DNA of 64,000 nucleotides, taken from positions 36,644,001-36,708,000 of the forward strand of contig NC_045697.1 of the NCBI RefSeq assembly GCF_009834535.1. Reading direction: 5' to 3'. Below are positions 13,662 to 26,690 of the stretch, piece by piece; position 1 is the stretch's first letter; each line of letters begins with the position of its first letter. The translations under genes were made by a program, and so were the position numbers. This stretch comes from Camelus ferus. Lineage: Eukaryota. Below the pieces are notes generated by a model. The model was not told where the DNA came from, ran no database searches, and saw nothing but the letters and a program-made list of their open reading frames with translations.

Positions 13662-13799
13662 CCTATTCCCAGTCTCTAGGGATAATAATTAGATAGATGG
13701 ACAGACAGACAGATAAGGAGACAGACTATATCTGTGTGCTATGTATATGTGTATATTTATGTGGATGTACAAACACACACAGGTCACAAATTATTTACA

Positions 13800-14325
13800 T
13801 CTGTTATTCATTATTTAATGTTGTATAACAAATCACTCTAAAATTCAGTGGCTTAAAATAACACCAATCATTTACTATCTCTCAGTTTCTATGGACCAGG
13901 AATTAGGGGGTGGCTTGACTGAGTGGTTTCGGGGGGCTTGGGGGCTCACATGTTGGATGGGGCCACAGTCATTTGAAGATGTGATGGAGCTGGAGGATTC
14001 GCTTCCATGGTGGCTCACTCCCACAGCCGACATATCGGTGCCGGCTGCTGGCAGGATGCCTCATTTCCTCTTCATGTGGGACTCTTCAGAGGCTGCTTGA
14101 ATTTCCTTGTGAAATGGCATCTGACTTCCCACACTGGGAGCAGTCCAAGAAAGCAAGGTGGAAGGTGCAAGGCTTGTTATGATCTAGCCTCAGAAGTGAC
14201 ACACCGTCACACACTCAGAAGTTTGTTGATCACATGGTTGGTCCAGGTTCAGTAAGGGAGGGACTATACAAAGGCATGGATCCCAGGAAGTGAGGATGAT
14301 TGAGGGACATTTTGGATGATGGCTT
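13800..14325 (-). mobile_element. Old MaLR LTR (MLT1E-H-like)
   Basis: ataacaaatcactctaaaattcagtggcttaaaataac ... ctagcctcagaagtgacaca resembles reverse MLT1. Confidence 0.75.
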
Positions 14326-15420
14326 TGAGACAGCAACTCCCACTAAGAGGCAGAGTCTACATATGATCCAGCAATCCCACTCCTGGGCATATATCCAGAG
14401 AGGACTCTAATTTGAAAAAACACACGCACCCCAATGTTCATAGCAGTGCTATTGACAATAGCCAAGACATAGAAATAACCTAAATGTCCACTGACAGATG
14501 AATGGATAAAGAAAATGTGGTATATATGGACAATGGAATACTACTCAGCCATAAAAATAATGAAATAATGCCATTTGCAGCAACATGGATGGACCTAGAG
14601 ATGATCATATTAAGTGAAGTAAGTCAGACAGAGAAAGACAAATACCATATGATATCACTTATATGTGGAATCTGAAAAAAAGATACAAATTTTATTTACA
14701 AACCAGAAATAGACTCACAGACATAGAAAAAAAAAACTATGGTTACAAAAGGGGAAAGTGGGGGAGGGATAAATTAGGAATTTGGGATTAACAGACACAC
14801 ACTACTATATATAAAACAGATAAAGAACAAGGACCTACTGTACAGCACAGGGAAATGTAATCAATTTCTTGTAATAAGCTGTATGGGGAAGAACCTGAAA
14901 ATATATGTATATATGTATGTATATGTATAACTGAATAGCTTTACTATACACCTTAAACTAACATTGTAAATCAAATACATTTCAATTAAAACAAAAAAGA
15001 GGTGGAGTCTATTTCTCCACTCCTTGATTCTGGTCCAGCCTTGCAAGTTGCTTTGACCAACAGAAATTGGGAGAAATAACATTGTAAGTTTCCTGAGCCA
15101 AACTACCAGATTTCCCTTTTCTGCTCTCAGCTCTCTTGGAATGCTACTGCTATGTGCACAGCCTGGACTAGCCTCCTTGAGGAATAGAGGATGGGAAGAG
15201 AGAGACCAGGTGGAGGGACCCGTCCCAATCATTCCTGCTTAAGCCTCTGAGATATGAGTGCGTCCGGCCAGCACCACATACAGGAAAGACGAGCTGTCCT
15301 AGCTGAGTTGTCCCAACTCAAATCGTAAAATCACAGAATCATGAATAAATAAATATTGCTGTTTTAAGGCACGAAACTTTTAGGGATGGTTTGTTATGAA
15401 GTAATGGAAAACTGATACAA
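14326..15420 (+). mobile_element. Old MaLR LTR (MLT1-like) split by an L1 insertion
   Basis: ctcccactaagagg[c]ggagtctatttctccactcctt ... ttttagggatggtttgttatg...aactgataca. The two halves join across the L1 TSD. Confidence 0.7.
14360..14996 (+). mobile_element. 5'-truncated LINE-1 3' end
   Basis: atatgatccagcaatcccactcctgggcatatatcc through the 3' UTR and A tail. TSD aagaggcagagtcta (14345-14359) / aagaggtggagtcta (14997-15011). Confidence 0.95.
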
Positions 15421-16629
15421 TGTGATAAACAATGGTCTATATTTTGCTGTTTTAAAATTCAACAATCTGTTGTAGACACCCTTTCACATCAGTACATAAA
15501 GATCTTCCTCATGTTTTAAAAAAGGTTCCAACACGGAAATTTCATAATATGGAAATGCCACAATTATTTAACATATTTACTAATAACAGATATTTAGGTT
15601 GTCAGAAATGTTTGCTAATGTAAGCAATGCTTTATGGACTTAATTTATTGCTTACATTTACAGAAGTGGAGTTGCTGTGTCAAGGGACAGTGCATTTAAA
15701 TATTTGATGCGTCAAACTGCACTTCAGAAAGGTTGTGCCAATTTCCGTCCCATTTAACAGTGTATCAAATTTTAAAGGAAAATCCTAATAGCGCCTTTAT
15801 GTCCTCTTTCTGAATTCGCCCTACTTTGAAGCAAGGTGATTGGGAAACAGAGCTGAGATGAGGCGTAGGGTTGTGTGAAACTAGTGCTTGCTCTGAGCTG
15901 TCGTGAGAACAGACCAAGGCATCAGACACAGGAGCAAAGCGAAAGAGGAGTAGATGGAATCTCCAAGGAGGTTGGCACCTCCCATAGGATCCAAAGACAC
16001 TTTTTCTATCTCTAGGAGCTTCTTTGGAAATAAGTTTAATAGAAAAGGCTGCCAGCTAAAAGCTTTTAAAAATATATGACAATGATAGGCAGTAAGTCTG
16101 AAGAATTAAAGATGGCTATAGGGGTCAGGGTGCAATAAAAATTTAGCATCACAACAATGTAAATCCAGCTTAGCCAAACCTTCAGCCAGAGCATCTGGAC
16201 GAACCCTGGGCCCCAGGAGACCCTCTGTGATCCTAGATATGCAAATAGCTATGATGCCTACCAGGCAGCATGTGGCAGATACTATACAGGGCTTTACATA
16301 TATTGTTGCATTTACTTCACACAGCAGAGGAAGAGACTAAGGCACCGAGTAACTAAGCAACTTGCTCAACAGTGGTATTAAGTAGAGGAGCCAGCATTCT
16401 GATCAGTTTGAACCCAGAGGCTCTGATCACATCAACTTCTGCATGGTAGACCTGTTGGCTGCTGTTCCTCCTTCCTGGAAGAGGATGGAGATGCATTCCC
16501 TTCTCAGCCTCCCTTGCAGCTAGAATATGGGGCCCAGTATTGGCAATGGGAATTTAGGAGAAGTCAGCTGGTGGACTTCTGGGGAAGAGTTTCCCTTCAA
16601 ATAAAAGAAGGTGTCTGGAAAGATCTCCC

Positions 16630-16985
16630 TCAAGAGAACCTGCCATAGCGAGCATTGTGGACTGACAGCTTCCTGCTCCCACCATCAGGCCCATGACAGC
16701 ATTCGCACCAAGGCCACGGTGCCCCAGGCTGCTCCCTGCCGATGACTGAGGGCAGCTGGGGGCACCGGAGCTGGGCTTTCCTGCCCAGTGTGCACTCCGC
16801 TAATGGGCTGCTTTTGCTCAAGACTCTCCATCAGCCTGGCAGACTCTCAGAGCTGCAATGCAGGCTGAAGCTCTTCCTACCCAACCCTCCTTCTGTGTAG
16901 CTCTTTGACAGGTTTTACATTTTAATTGTGCTGTGTAAGTCTCTTTCCACCTTCTCCAGCAATTTCCCCCTTTATTCTTCATGGA
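16630..16985 (+). mobile_element. ERVL-class LTR fragment (LTR16-like)
   Basis: ggactgacagcttcc ... cagcctggcagactctcagagctgc ... gaagctcttcctacccaaccctcc resembles the LTR16 group as recalled. Confidence 0.5.
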
Positions 16986-16987
16986 CT

Positions 16988-17078
16988 ATATACATATATA
17001 TGTATATATATACATATATCTCCATACATAAATATAAAATAGATATATTATATAGATATATATCATAGAGAAATATCC

Positions 17079-17109
<31 letters not shown>

Positions 17110-17118
17110 CTATCTATC
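16988..17118. repeat. (TA)-rich and (TCTA)n low-complexity repeat
   Basis: Direct observation. Confidence 0.85.
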
Positions 17119-18189
17119 TTCAACCACACGAGTATATTTTGCTGGTAAGTAAGTTTAAAAGTTGCCCAGCTACTATGTATAAAACATTGTAATTCATCAA
17201 AAGCCAAATGCAAATGAAAGTTGAGAAAACATTTCAGAATATTTTCTGAGCTTAATGACTCCATGGATTTCCCTTAAACAAGAAAAGAAAATTGACAGCC
17301 TGACCAAGGGAATGATAAAACATATGGGTAGAGGTTAGTGTTAAGTACTTGCAGGCAAAAGGATGGGCCAGCTAAACTTTATAGGGTGGAACATTTCAAT
17401 TTCTATTTGACCGCATTGATAGAGAGCAAACTGGGCATCTCAGTGAAATCTGAATGCAAGGAAGGACTTACCAAGCAAATCACAGAACTCCAATCTCTGC
17501 TCCTACAGCACTGAAGGAGGGTAAGTTCCCAGCTAGCCTCATATTAATTTTAGAACTGCAGAGCCAAGGACACCAGGCCAACCTGAAGTCACACACCCAC
17601 TGTGGGTAAACAATGCTGCGCCAGCTGCTTTGGACCAGGCCAAACATATGGGAGGTGAAAACGAACAAGATATCCTCCCCAACATTTGTTTATTATTCCT
17701 TACAATCTTTGTTCTTAGAGGAGAAAAATGAGATTGGCTAGAATTTGGGATCCATGTGATTGCTTACTTTCTCATTTATTCTTAAATCTCCTTATTAGTT
17801 TTCTCACATTAAAAGTTAAAGCATCCTCGTGGAAGAAAAAAAAAATCTCAACAACCCAGAGGGAGATAAAGGAACAAGTTGAAAGTCCCTTGGTGTCTCC
17901 ACCCCCATCCCATCCTCCTTCTGCCCTGTGGCCCTGCTGTCCCTCTTGTAGAGAGATAGTCCCATCTGAGTCCCACTGTTGATCACTGGATGTGCCTCCT
18001 TCTAAACTTCTTTTGGTGCACATGAAAAGAGAACAGACTATTTTAAAAGAAAAATTCATGGCACATTTTCTTAAGGTAACCAATACTCCCTGTTACCACT
18101 CTCAAACATCTTTGAAAGACGAAAGGCAGGAGAAAGTCCAAGCTCAGGAACTTCCTGTTTATGTCGCTGGGTTCTCCTGAGGCTCTCAT

Positions 18190-18258
18190 ACCTAATTTAA
18201 TTAACGTGAATTTAATAGCGACATGTGGCTGGTGGCTACTTGTGGGACAGAGCAGGTC
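18190..18258. mobile_element. hAT-Charlie (MER3/MER33-like) terminal fragment
   Basis: aatttaatagcgacatgtggctggtggctact...ggacagagcag resembles the MER3/MER33 end. Confidence 0.6.
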
Positions 18259-21200
18259 CAGGACAGTCAACTTTCTCCAGTGAAGACCCGGTTCTTCAAA
18301 ATAGAAGATCCATGTTCCCCTGCTCCCTCTACCTGGCTCCCCTTTTCAGTGACCCAGCCCTGATCCATTAGATAAGCTGGCTTCTGAAGACTACAACCTT
18401 TAGATATCTGCGAGGAATTTTAAAAATGCAACAGTCATTGGAAGTCAGGCTAGAGAGAGAGAATTGGGTTGGTCAACGGTGGCAGTTTTCCTCCTGAGAT
18501 AAAGTAAAATATGAGCTGTCTGTAATCACGGACTGGGAAATTGATGGAGTCTATTTCTGTGCCTTTATGAGGGTAATCACGTAAACAAATCCTATTAGAT
18601 GTTCACATGTTTATTGCTAAGAGGCCTCTTTAAGACGGAAATCCCCAGCCTGCTTTAGTGCCCCAGGCCAACATTTCATTGGCTTCGCTCTAAGATACTC
18701 AGGGGGTATTTTGATTCTTGTTTACTTCCTAGTACCCACTGTGGAGTAGTCATCATCTTTCTTCTTGGATTCCGATTTGAAAGCACCTCATTCATTTTTC
18801 CTGTTTATTCTGTGAATGTCTCATACTTGATCCTGGGTCATCATAATTAGCTAAATATGTAGTATTTAGTAAACATAATTAGTAAACTGCTCCCTTTGCC
18901 TTAAGGGACAGTGAGCGAATAGCTGGAAAGTCCACCGGTGAAGCTGCCTGGGGACATGAAATATCAGACAGCCTGTTCTTGGAACCAGGAAGGCTATGAT
19001 GTGTGACTGGTATAAGGCAGACACATTCTCAGATTCAAAACTGGGTATGTATCCTATTTTCTTCTCTCTTCTCAAACTGTCTGCATGACCAGAAGATATT
19101 ATTTTACACACAATGTCATTTTGAAATTTCCAAGCATCCAGGAGGAAGCAATCACATTCTAAGCGAGTGGATACATGTGGTGGTTTCTTTGTCTCCCAAA
19201 TGATAAGGAAAAATGAAAAAAAAAAAAGTCTCATTTTTTTCTGGTTAAAAAAATAATTCCAGCTCATTATTTTAAAAAGTACAGAAAGTAGAGAGAAGAA
19301 ATTAACAATCACCAAACTCTTTTCACTTTAATCACAACTAATAATATTTTCTATGAATATTATTTCAGACATCTTTTTCTGCATGTGTACACAGATACAT
19401 AACTCCATTCTTTGACCTGAAACACTTGGAAAGTTATGAAGGCAGAACTCATTTCCATAAAGAAAGCAATCACATGGGTCCAAAAGATGGTACAGAATGT
19501 TGCCTTTCCCCTGGAATCCCATTTCAGGCCAGACAGAGCCAGGTAGGAAAGTGGTACAAGCACCTGCTCAGGTCTACCTTTCTTTTCTCTCCATCCCCAC
19601 ACAATTCCCACAGTCTTTTCTAGCCTCTGCATTCTCCCCAGAGGAGCCAGATCCATTCTGAAGGTTCAGGGTCTTATCCTGACTCATCCTGAAAGAGCTC
19701 TTCTTTCTGTGCTGAAAGGAGGAGTACAAGCCTTAGAGCTGCACGGAGAGATCAGCTGTGAGGGCAAGCATTCACCATGAGGCTCATCTTGACAGCCAAA
19801 CCCCTGTGCACCTAAGTGCCTCTGCCCCCACACTCCTGCACCATCTGCACAGGAAGCTGCACCGAGAAGAGGGAATGTGACTTATTCTAGCACTTAAGTA
19901 GACATCAAGAAGAGACATCAATAAGACCTGACTTCCACCTTAATCTTCTGGCAATCAGGCCCAGGAATTCCTCTTTAAGCCTGGATGTTTTCATCTGTAA
20001 AATGGGGATAGTGATATTCACGTCACAGGGTTGTTGGGAAGATAAAATGAGCAATTTATAGCAATTTAAGCGTAGCAAATTAAATGAAGCCAAGAGTAAG
20101 ACAGATGCCTAGATGTCTGGTTCCCTGCTACCTGAGAATCCCTACAGAACATCGGCAGCCCCAGGTTCCAGAATCTGGCCCTTAGCTTTTAGCATGTCCA
20201 GAATTTAGATTATTAGTTCTGTCTAGATAGGGCCCTGGGGTAGGAGAGGCTGTTGTGCATAATTTAATTAATTTATATTTTGGAGTTTTTTTTTTTTTAG
20301 TCGAATTCTCACAGAATACTCCTACTAAGTTGTTTGGGAGATGATGCAATTTACATAACACACTGAAAGCATGAAGCTTGGCTTAGAGAAGTTGCCATAA
20401 TGTTCCATACGCTTTCTTTCATCTTCTCAATCCAAGCATCAGTCCTAATGAGAAGAGGAAATGGGAAAACTCAGTAGGTTATTTTTCTAAACGGCCTCAT
20501 GACCCTGGGGCAAGTTGTGTATTCTTTGGACCTCAGTTTCCTCCTTTGGAAAATAAGCAGCTAGCTCTAAGGTGCTTTCTGGACCTCAGAGTTTATGTCT
20601 TTATTCTACAGGATCTAGATGGCAGTGGAGCAAAGACAGTGCTCAGTAAATACTTGTTGATTGAAAAGGGGCCAAGGTAACAAGATGCACTTTCAAAAAG
20701 CTGGCCAAGAGTGCCAGAACAAAGTGTTCCCACAAAGGCATGGAAGAGTAAGAGATTAATGGAAGGCTTTTGGGAAACCTTAAAGCAACAGGGGAGAGTC
20801 CCCCAAAGCAGAACTTGGCTCGATTATTGTAGGAGAAATGGCAGGAAATTGCACAATTTTGGAGGAACCAGATTTAAAATGCTAACGGAAGGAGACATTC
20901 CACTTTCAAAAGACATGAAGCAGGAGGCAAGAGCCAGTTCTTGCTCAGAGTGAAATAATGTGGAAAGTCAACTGGCTCTTAACATCTTCTCCCCCACAAA
21001 AGGTCTGTTCTTGCTGGAGAGATTTAAAAATAGGACAAAGGGTTATCACTCCCACTGGCAGACAAAGTGTGCTAATGTTTCCATCTCAGTTCTTTTCCTT
21101 GACCCTACATTCTCCTGTAATTACCCTCACATTGCTGGTTGCATCATCTCCTCCCACATTTTATCTCCTTATCCTCGAAGGGAAAGAGGACTTTGGTATC

Positions 21201-21682
21201 ATAAAGCTTCCAAGTCTCCTATGGATGCCCCAGAGTAGCCCTCAGTTGTAAGGATGCATCAGGCCTCCTCCCGGATTGCACTGAGTGGAACCAATACTCT
21301 GGAGGGGAGACGGAGGGTAGAAAAAGGGAGCGGAGAGAGATGGGACAAAATGGAGATACCGATATGATTATATCAGACAACAAAACCTTTCCAACTGTAG
21401 CTGACGCTGCTGGTCATCTCCTAACATCTATTCTCCCTTCTGAGTAGAAACTTAAGCCAGGCACATGGAAGTTCCACTAAACAATCTATTTCCCAGCCTG
21501 CTCTGCAGTTAGGTATGGCTACGTGACTAGGATCTGGCCAGTGGGATTTGAGTGGAAGTGAGGCATTTAAATGTCTGTCGTCATCCTTAAAGGGAGGAAA
21601 TGTGCCCTTCCCTCTTTTTTCCTCTGCTTTCTGGAGGGGATGTGGACATTCTGGTGGGAGCTGGAGCACCTATGCTACACCA

Positions 21683-22062
21683 TGTTATGGATGAACTGTA
21701 TCTTCCCCCGAATTCATACGTTGAAGCCCTAACTCCCAGTGTGACTGTATTTGGAGACAAGGCCTTTAAGGAGGCAATTAAGGTTAAATAAGGTCATAAG
21801 GGTTGGGCCCTAATCCAATAGGGCTGGAGCCCTTATAAGAAGAGGAGGAGACCCCAGGGGTGTGCACACACACAGAAAAAATTTCACATGAGGACACAGC
21901 AAAAAGGCAGCTATCGGCAAGTAAGAAAGAGAGGGCTCACCAGCAACCAGTCCTTGATCTCGGACTCCAACCTCCAGAACTGTGAGAAAATGAATTCCTA
22001 TTATTTGAGCCCCACCACTCACGGCTGTGGCATTTTGTTATGGCAACTCAACAGACTAATAC
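21683..22062 (+). mobile_element. MLT1A-like solo LTR nested in an older MLT1 (about 21400-22265)
   Basis: tgttatggatgaactgt...gttgaagccctaactcccagtgtgactgtatttggagac ... gactaataca. Both flanks are older MaLR-like sequence. Confidence 0.85.
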
Positions 22063-24297
22063 AGGTCATGAAATAAAAGTCATTTGTTGAGGAGGACAGT
22101 GTAGTAAGACGAGAAGGAGCCTGGGTTCACGGTGGTGGTGAAGTTGTCATACCTGCCTTGGATCACCTACCTGATTTTCTATATGAGAAAGCACACATTT
22201 CTGTGAACTCACGGTTACTTGGGGGTCTTTACTGAAGTAGCAAAAACTTGTATCCAAACTAATACAGTAACCCTCTTAGGTTAAGAGGGATTGGTGGTCA
22301 AAGTGAAACATTCCTATGTTGAATGTCTGTAATTAGTGATGTTTAACTGTATGGTAATGTCAGTTCATAATTCATCCATAGTGAAGAAATCATTTCAAGC
22401 ACATCTTTTTTGTCTTACAACCTGATTAAGATCCCTAATTGGATACTGACTAAAAACAATTATTTGAACCAAGATGATCTCTAAATATATGTTCTCCCAA
22501 CGGCTATCCCTACAGGGATATTCCGGGACATCTTTGCAGTTACCCTGCACCACCACTTTCCACTAGACAGAGAAGGAGATGGCATTAGGGATTCAGAAGG
22601 GCACCAGGAAAAGGGCCAGGTGCCCATGGCTCTGTGACACTTCTGACTTGTAGGCGCATTCACCCTCAAGAAATTAAGCAGAGATGAAAATTATGACCTA
22701 CAACGGCTATCCTCAGAAATGTCACAAAAAAAGAATTTATTATTATGGAGAGGATTTTGTGGTGAGTTTAAATTCATTATTGTGGTTGGTTATCATTGTT
22801 AAAAAAAAAACTCAGAGTTTAATTCAGTCCCTCTCTTTGCTTAGACAGTGTAGACACAGATTCTAAACGTTATCCCTTAAACTTTCTTAAAAGCAACAAA
22901 GTTAATAGTCTTGTAATAACGTTGCAAAGTTGATAGAAGGGATATGTTGAGATAATTTGTTTGCGTGTATGGAAAGCTCTCCTATATCACGATGCTGAAG
23001 AATGGCTTGGCAGCCTGTGAAATATTTATAAAGTGCACATGTGTGTATACACAGTACACTTACAGACTCTGTATGCTATTTGTCTTCCACCTCTTAAAAG
23101 CCCTCTTCAGAACTGAGGCTACCTCTGCATTTGCTTATTTCCTGTGACATTTGCTATTTCTCTGCATATGGCCCAGCTTTTTCTTTCCTCCTGCTTTACA
23201 ATAACCATCCCACCCGTTAAGGATATATGGACAGCCACCCCCCTCCGACTGTTCATACTGTTCTTCAAGTGTACGGCACTGTTTCTGCTGGGTATTTGAA
23301 GGATCCACAAAATCAAGTATAAACTTTTAATTTGTCAGTCTTGTAGTGTGAGAACCTGACCTCTGAGATACAGGCCACCTCCTATCCTTCCATCTCAAAT
23401 AAGTTCCGTCTCTTCAGCTTTTTTATTACCGAGTATCCATTATGTGCCAGATATCATATTAGCTTCTTTGTCATACACTGTCTCAGTAAGTATTCACGGA
23501 GCAGACTCTGTTGATACTGTCTATCCAATATCACATACTCCCTTCTTCCTTGCTTACAGAACCTAGATTTTGTTTGCAGAGGAAATGGACCCAGATAAAT
23601 ACTTGCTTTTACACTTGCCCTTGCTGTTAGAGATGACCGTGTGACCAGTTGGCCAATGAATGTAACTAGAAGTATACTGATGGAGAGGGTGGTTCTGGTA
23701 CTGCATCTGCTGTTCTGATAAAGAGGACAGAACAGCTGGCATTATCCCAACTTCTATATTCTTTCCTCCTGAAACTCAAATGTAATGGGCTGGAACTATG
23801 GCAACCATCCTGAAATGGTGGAGATGTCAGCCCTAACGTCACCAAGCTGCTGAACCTATGTTAGCAGCTGTCAACTTCCAGAGTTCATATTATGTGGAAA
23901 AACCCCAAATAACTCCTTGTTTAAGCCATTATAGTCAAGTTTTCAGTTATTGGCAACAATGTAATTTAACTGATACAACTCACAATAATACTGAAACTGG
24001 TTCTACTTCTACGTAGTCTGGATTTTTTTTTTCCCCTTCTTTTTTCTTCACTTTACTGCATTGTCAATCCTTTTGTTTCTTCTCTCAGCTCTGTCTATCC
24101 GGATCTCTTTCCCATCCAGTGCTTCTGCTTGATTTCATTTCCTTTTTGAGTTTTTAACCTCCATGTTTGTTTCCTCCTGGAGTCTATTAAGGCTTGTTCA
24201 TCTATTGTATGATGAGATCTGAGTCAGTCCAGGGAAAACGGTGATGTGACTTTGGTGTCATTGTGGTCATCCTTTCTTACATTACCCTAACCTTCAT

Positions 24298-24299
<2 letters not shown>

Positions 24300-24337
<38 letters not shown>
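24300..24337. repeat. (CA)n microsatellite
   Basis: Perfect run of about 19 units. Confidence 0.97.
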
Positions 24338-24339
<2 letters not shown>

Positions 24340-24729
24340 TCCTAGAAGGTGGAAGATAAAAACATAGAGTTAGCCTTAGGTCTTTGAAACTATCCTGTAA
24401 AGAGCAGTGATTTCCATGCCCTATAAGTGTTCTTGCAATGTTGCTGTTGGTTTCCTACATCATAATCATTTCTTCATTCCTCTTTGCTAGCAGAGCCTTG
24501 GTATTTTACAGTTTACAGGAAAAACTGTTTACATGTATGGAATGAAGACCCACCACCACCACATGAATGACTTGTAATTGTTCACAGACTCATCCTAATC
24601 CCATTCCACCTTGCTTGTGAATGGTCAGTTCCCTATCTGTTCATCTCTTATTTTAAAGACACTTTGTGAGAATTCCAGCATCTCTGAGTTGGTTCTGTTG
24701 ATTGCTTTACCTCTTAACAATGGGTTTTA

Positions 24730-25110
24730 TGGAAACAGAGAACAGATTAGTGGTTGTCAAGGTAGAGGGGATAATAGAGGAAGGGGAAAGTTGGTCAAAA
24801 GGTACAAAGTAGGGGAAGGTAGTCAAAAGGTACAAACTTCAAACTATAAGGCTAGTAAGTCCTTGGGATGTAATGTACAGACAGCTTAGTGACTGTAGTT
24901 AATAATACTGTACTGTATATTTGAAATTACTAAGAGAGATCTCAGAAGTTCTCATCATGAGAAAAAAATTAGGAGGTGATGGATATTAACTAAACTTACT
25001 GTGGTAATCATTTTGTAATATATGCATATATCAAATCATTACATTGTATACCTTAAACTTGTACAATATTATATGTCAATTATATCTTGATAAAGCTAAA
25101 GAAAATAAAA
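24730..25110 (+). mobile_element. L1 (L1MA-like) 3' UTR
   Basis: aaaggtacaaacttc...gtgactgtagttaataatactgtactgtatatttgaaat...tgtataccttaaacttgtacaat. Confidence 0.85.
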
Positions 25111-25709
25111 ACCCCCCAAACCCCACAATAAGTCTTTTTTTCCCTTATTTTTTTTTTTAATCTCATCATTTTTCATCGACTTCCAGGCATTGTGTTTGAA
25201 GGACGGTAGCAATAAGTGATATTTACTCCCAGAAATGGGCACGCCTCTTCTTCCGTCAGTGTAGGCAAACAGAGTCAATCCGGGTAGCTGAGCTACACTG
25301 GTCTCCTGACCTGCCCTCAATTCTTGTGAACACCTGTTCAAGGCCCATGGAGAAGAGCTGAAGAGTGAAAACTCCCCTTGTGTCTGCAGCTCCCGTTATA
25401 TGACACTGGTGCACCAGCCACACCAGGGCTTTCAGAATTTGCTAAAATTTTCACTTGTTTCTTCTGAGTCACTTCTGCGGCAGCCACCTCTTTCTTCTCT
25501 GCATCTTGTCAAAAGTGAAACAGTCTGTGTATCTCGTTTCTCCTAGGAGAATCTTGTCACTTTGAATTCCATTTCTTCAGTTGCTTTGCGACCTCAGCTC
25601 TCTGATGAACTTAAGGAAAGTTATGATTTTATAGATTATCCAGATTTTTCTCATTGTGAGTATGTTCTCCTGTAGTTTTCTACATCCTAAGTAGAAATGG
25701 GACTTTGAG

Positions 25710-26690
25710 AAATTTTATCAGCTTTAAATTGAAAATCTGCCCCAAATCTGACCACTGCTCACCATCTTTACCGTGTCCACGCCGGTCTCGTCAGTCATCA
25801 TCTCTTGCTGCTAATTTTACAAAAACCTTCTCACCAGAATCCCTGCTTTTACCCTTGTTTTTCATGCAGTCTTTTCTCAACATGTCAACCGGAGAGATCC
25901 TTTTAAAACACAAATCAGCTCACGACATTTTCATGCCCAATACTCTCCGAGGGTTCCCCACCTAAAATAAAAATCCAAATCCTTCAGGTGCCCTCCACGG
26001 CCTTACATGGTCTGTCCTCATCTCCTGCTGCCCTCTTCCTTGCTCACTCTTCCCCAGTCACTTTGCCTGCCTGCTGGACCCTGAACATGGCAGGCGAGTT
26101 CTAGTCCTAAGGCTTTGCAATGGCTGTTCCCGCTCCCTGGATCTCCCTTCCCCCCAGGTCTTTGCATGATTATCCCCTTGTATCTTCAAAGTCTGTGCCC
26201 AAATGACTAACCTGACAAACCGTTTAAACTGCTGCCTACCCCTCTTCAAATTACCAGTTATCTTTACTCTGACTTCCTTTTCCCTTTTCCATATCACATT
26301 GATCACTTTCTAACATACTATGTTATTTACTTATTTATAAGTCTTTATTTAGTTTCTCTCTTTTGCTGCTGGATTGTAAACTCCAAAAGTAGAGTAATTT
26401 TCATCTGTTGCTTTTTTTTTTTTAACATTTTTTATTGATTTATAATCATTTTACAATGTTGTGTCAAATTCCAGTGTTCAGCACAATTTTTCAGTTATTC
26501 ATGGACATATACACACTCATTGTCACATTTTTTTCTCTGTGAGTTATCATAACATTTTGTGTATATTTCCCTGTGCTATACAGTGTAGTCTATTCTACAA
26601 TGTTTTGTTTTTTGATACATCCTGCCTAGAACCACACTTGAAACATAGCAGGTGCTCATACAAATATTTGCTGATTTAAATGAATTTGTA
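25710..26690 (+). mobile_element. L2 fragment with its 3' end, interrupted by an L1 tail
   Basis: L2 terminus catagcaggtgctcatacaaatatttgctg, preceded by L2-like body sequence. Confidence 0.7.
26412..26600 (-). mobile_element. Short 3' tail of the young L1 family
   Basis: Close reverse complement of 48245-48440 (ttttttattgatttataatcattttacaatgttgtgtcaaattccagtg). Confidence 0.92.

Noticed and set aside
22498..22712. 12-mer CAACGGCTATCC repeated 203 bp apart (MYB-like core)
   Set aside because: Roughly one such nearby 12-mer pair is expected by chance in 64 kb, and the similarity does not extend.
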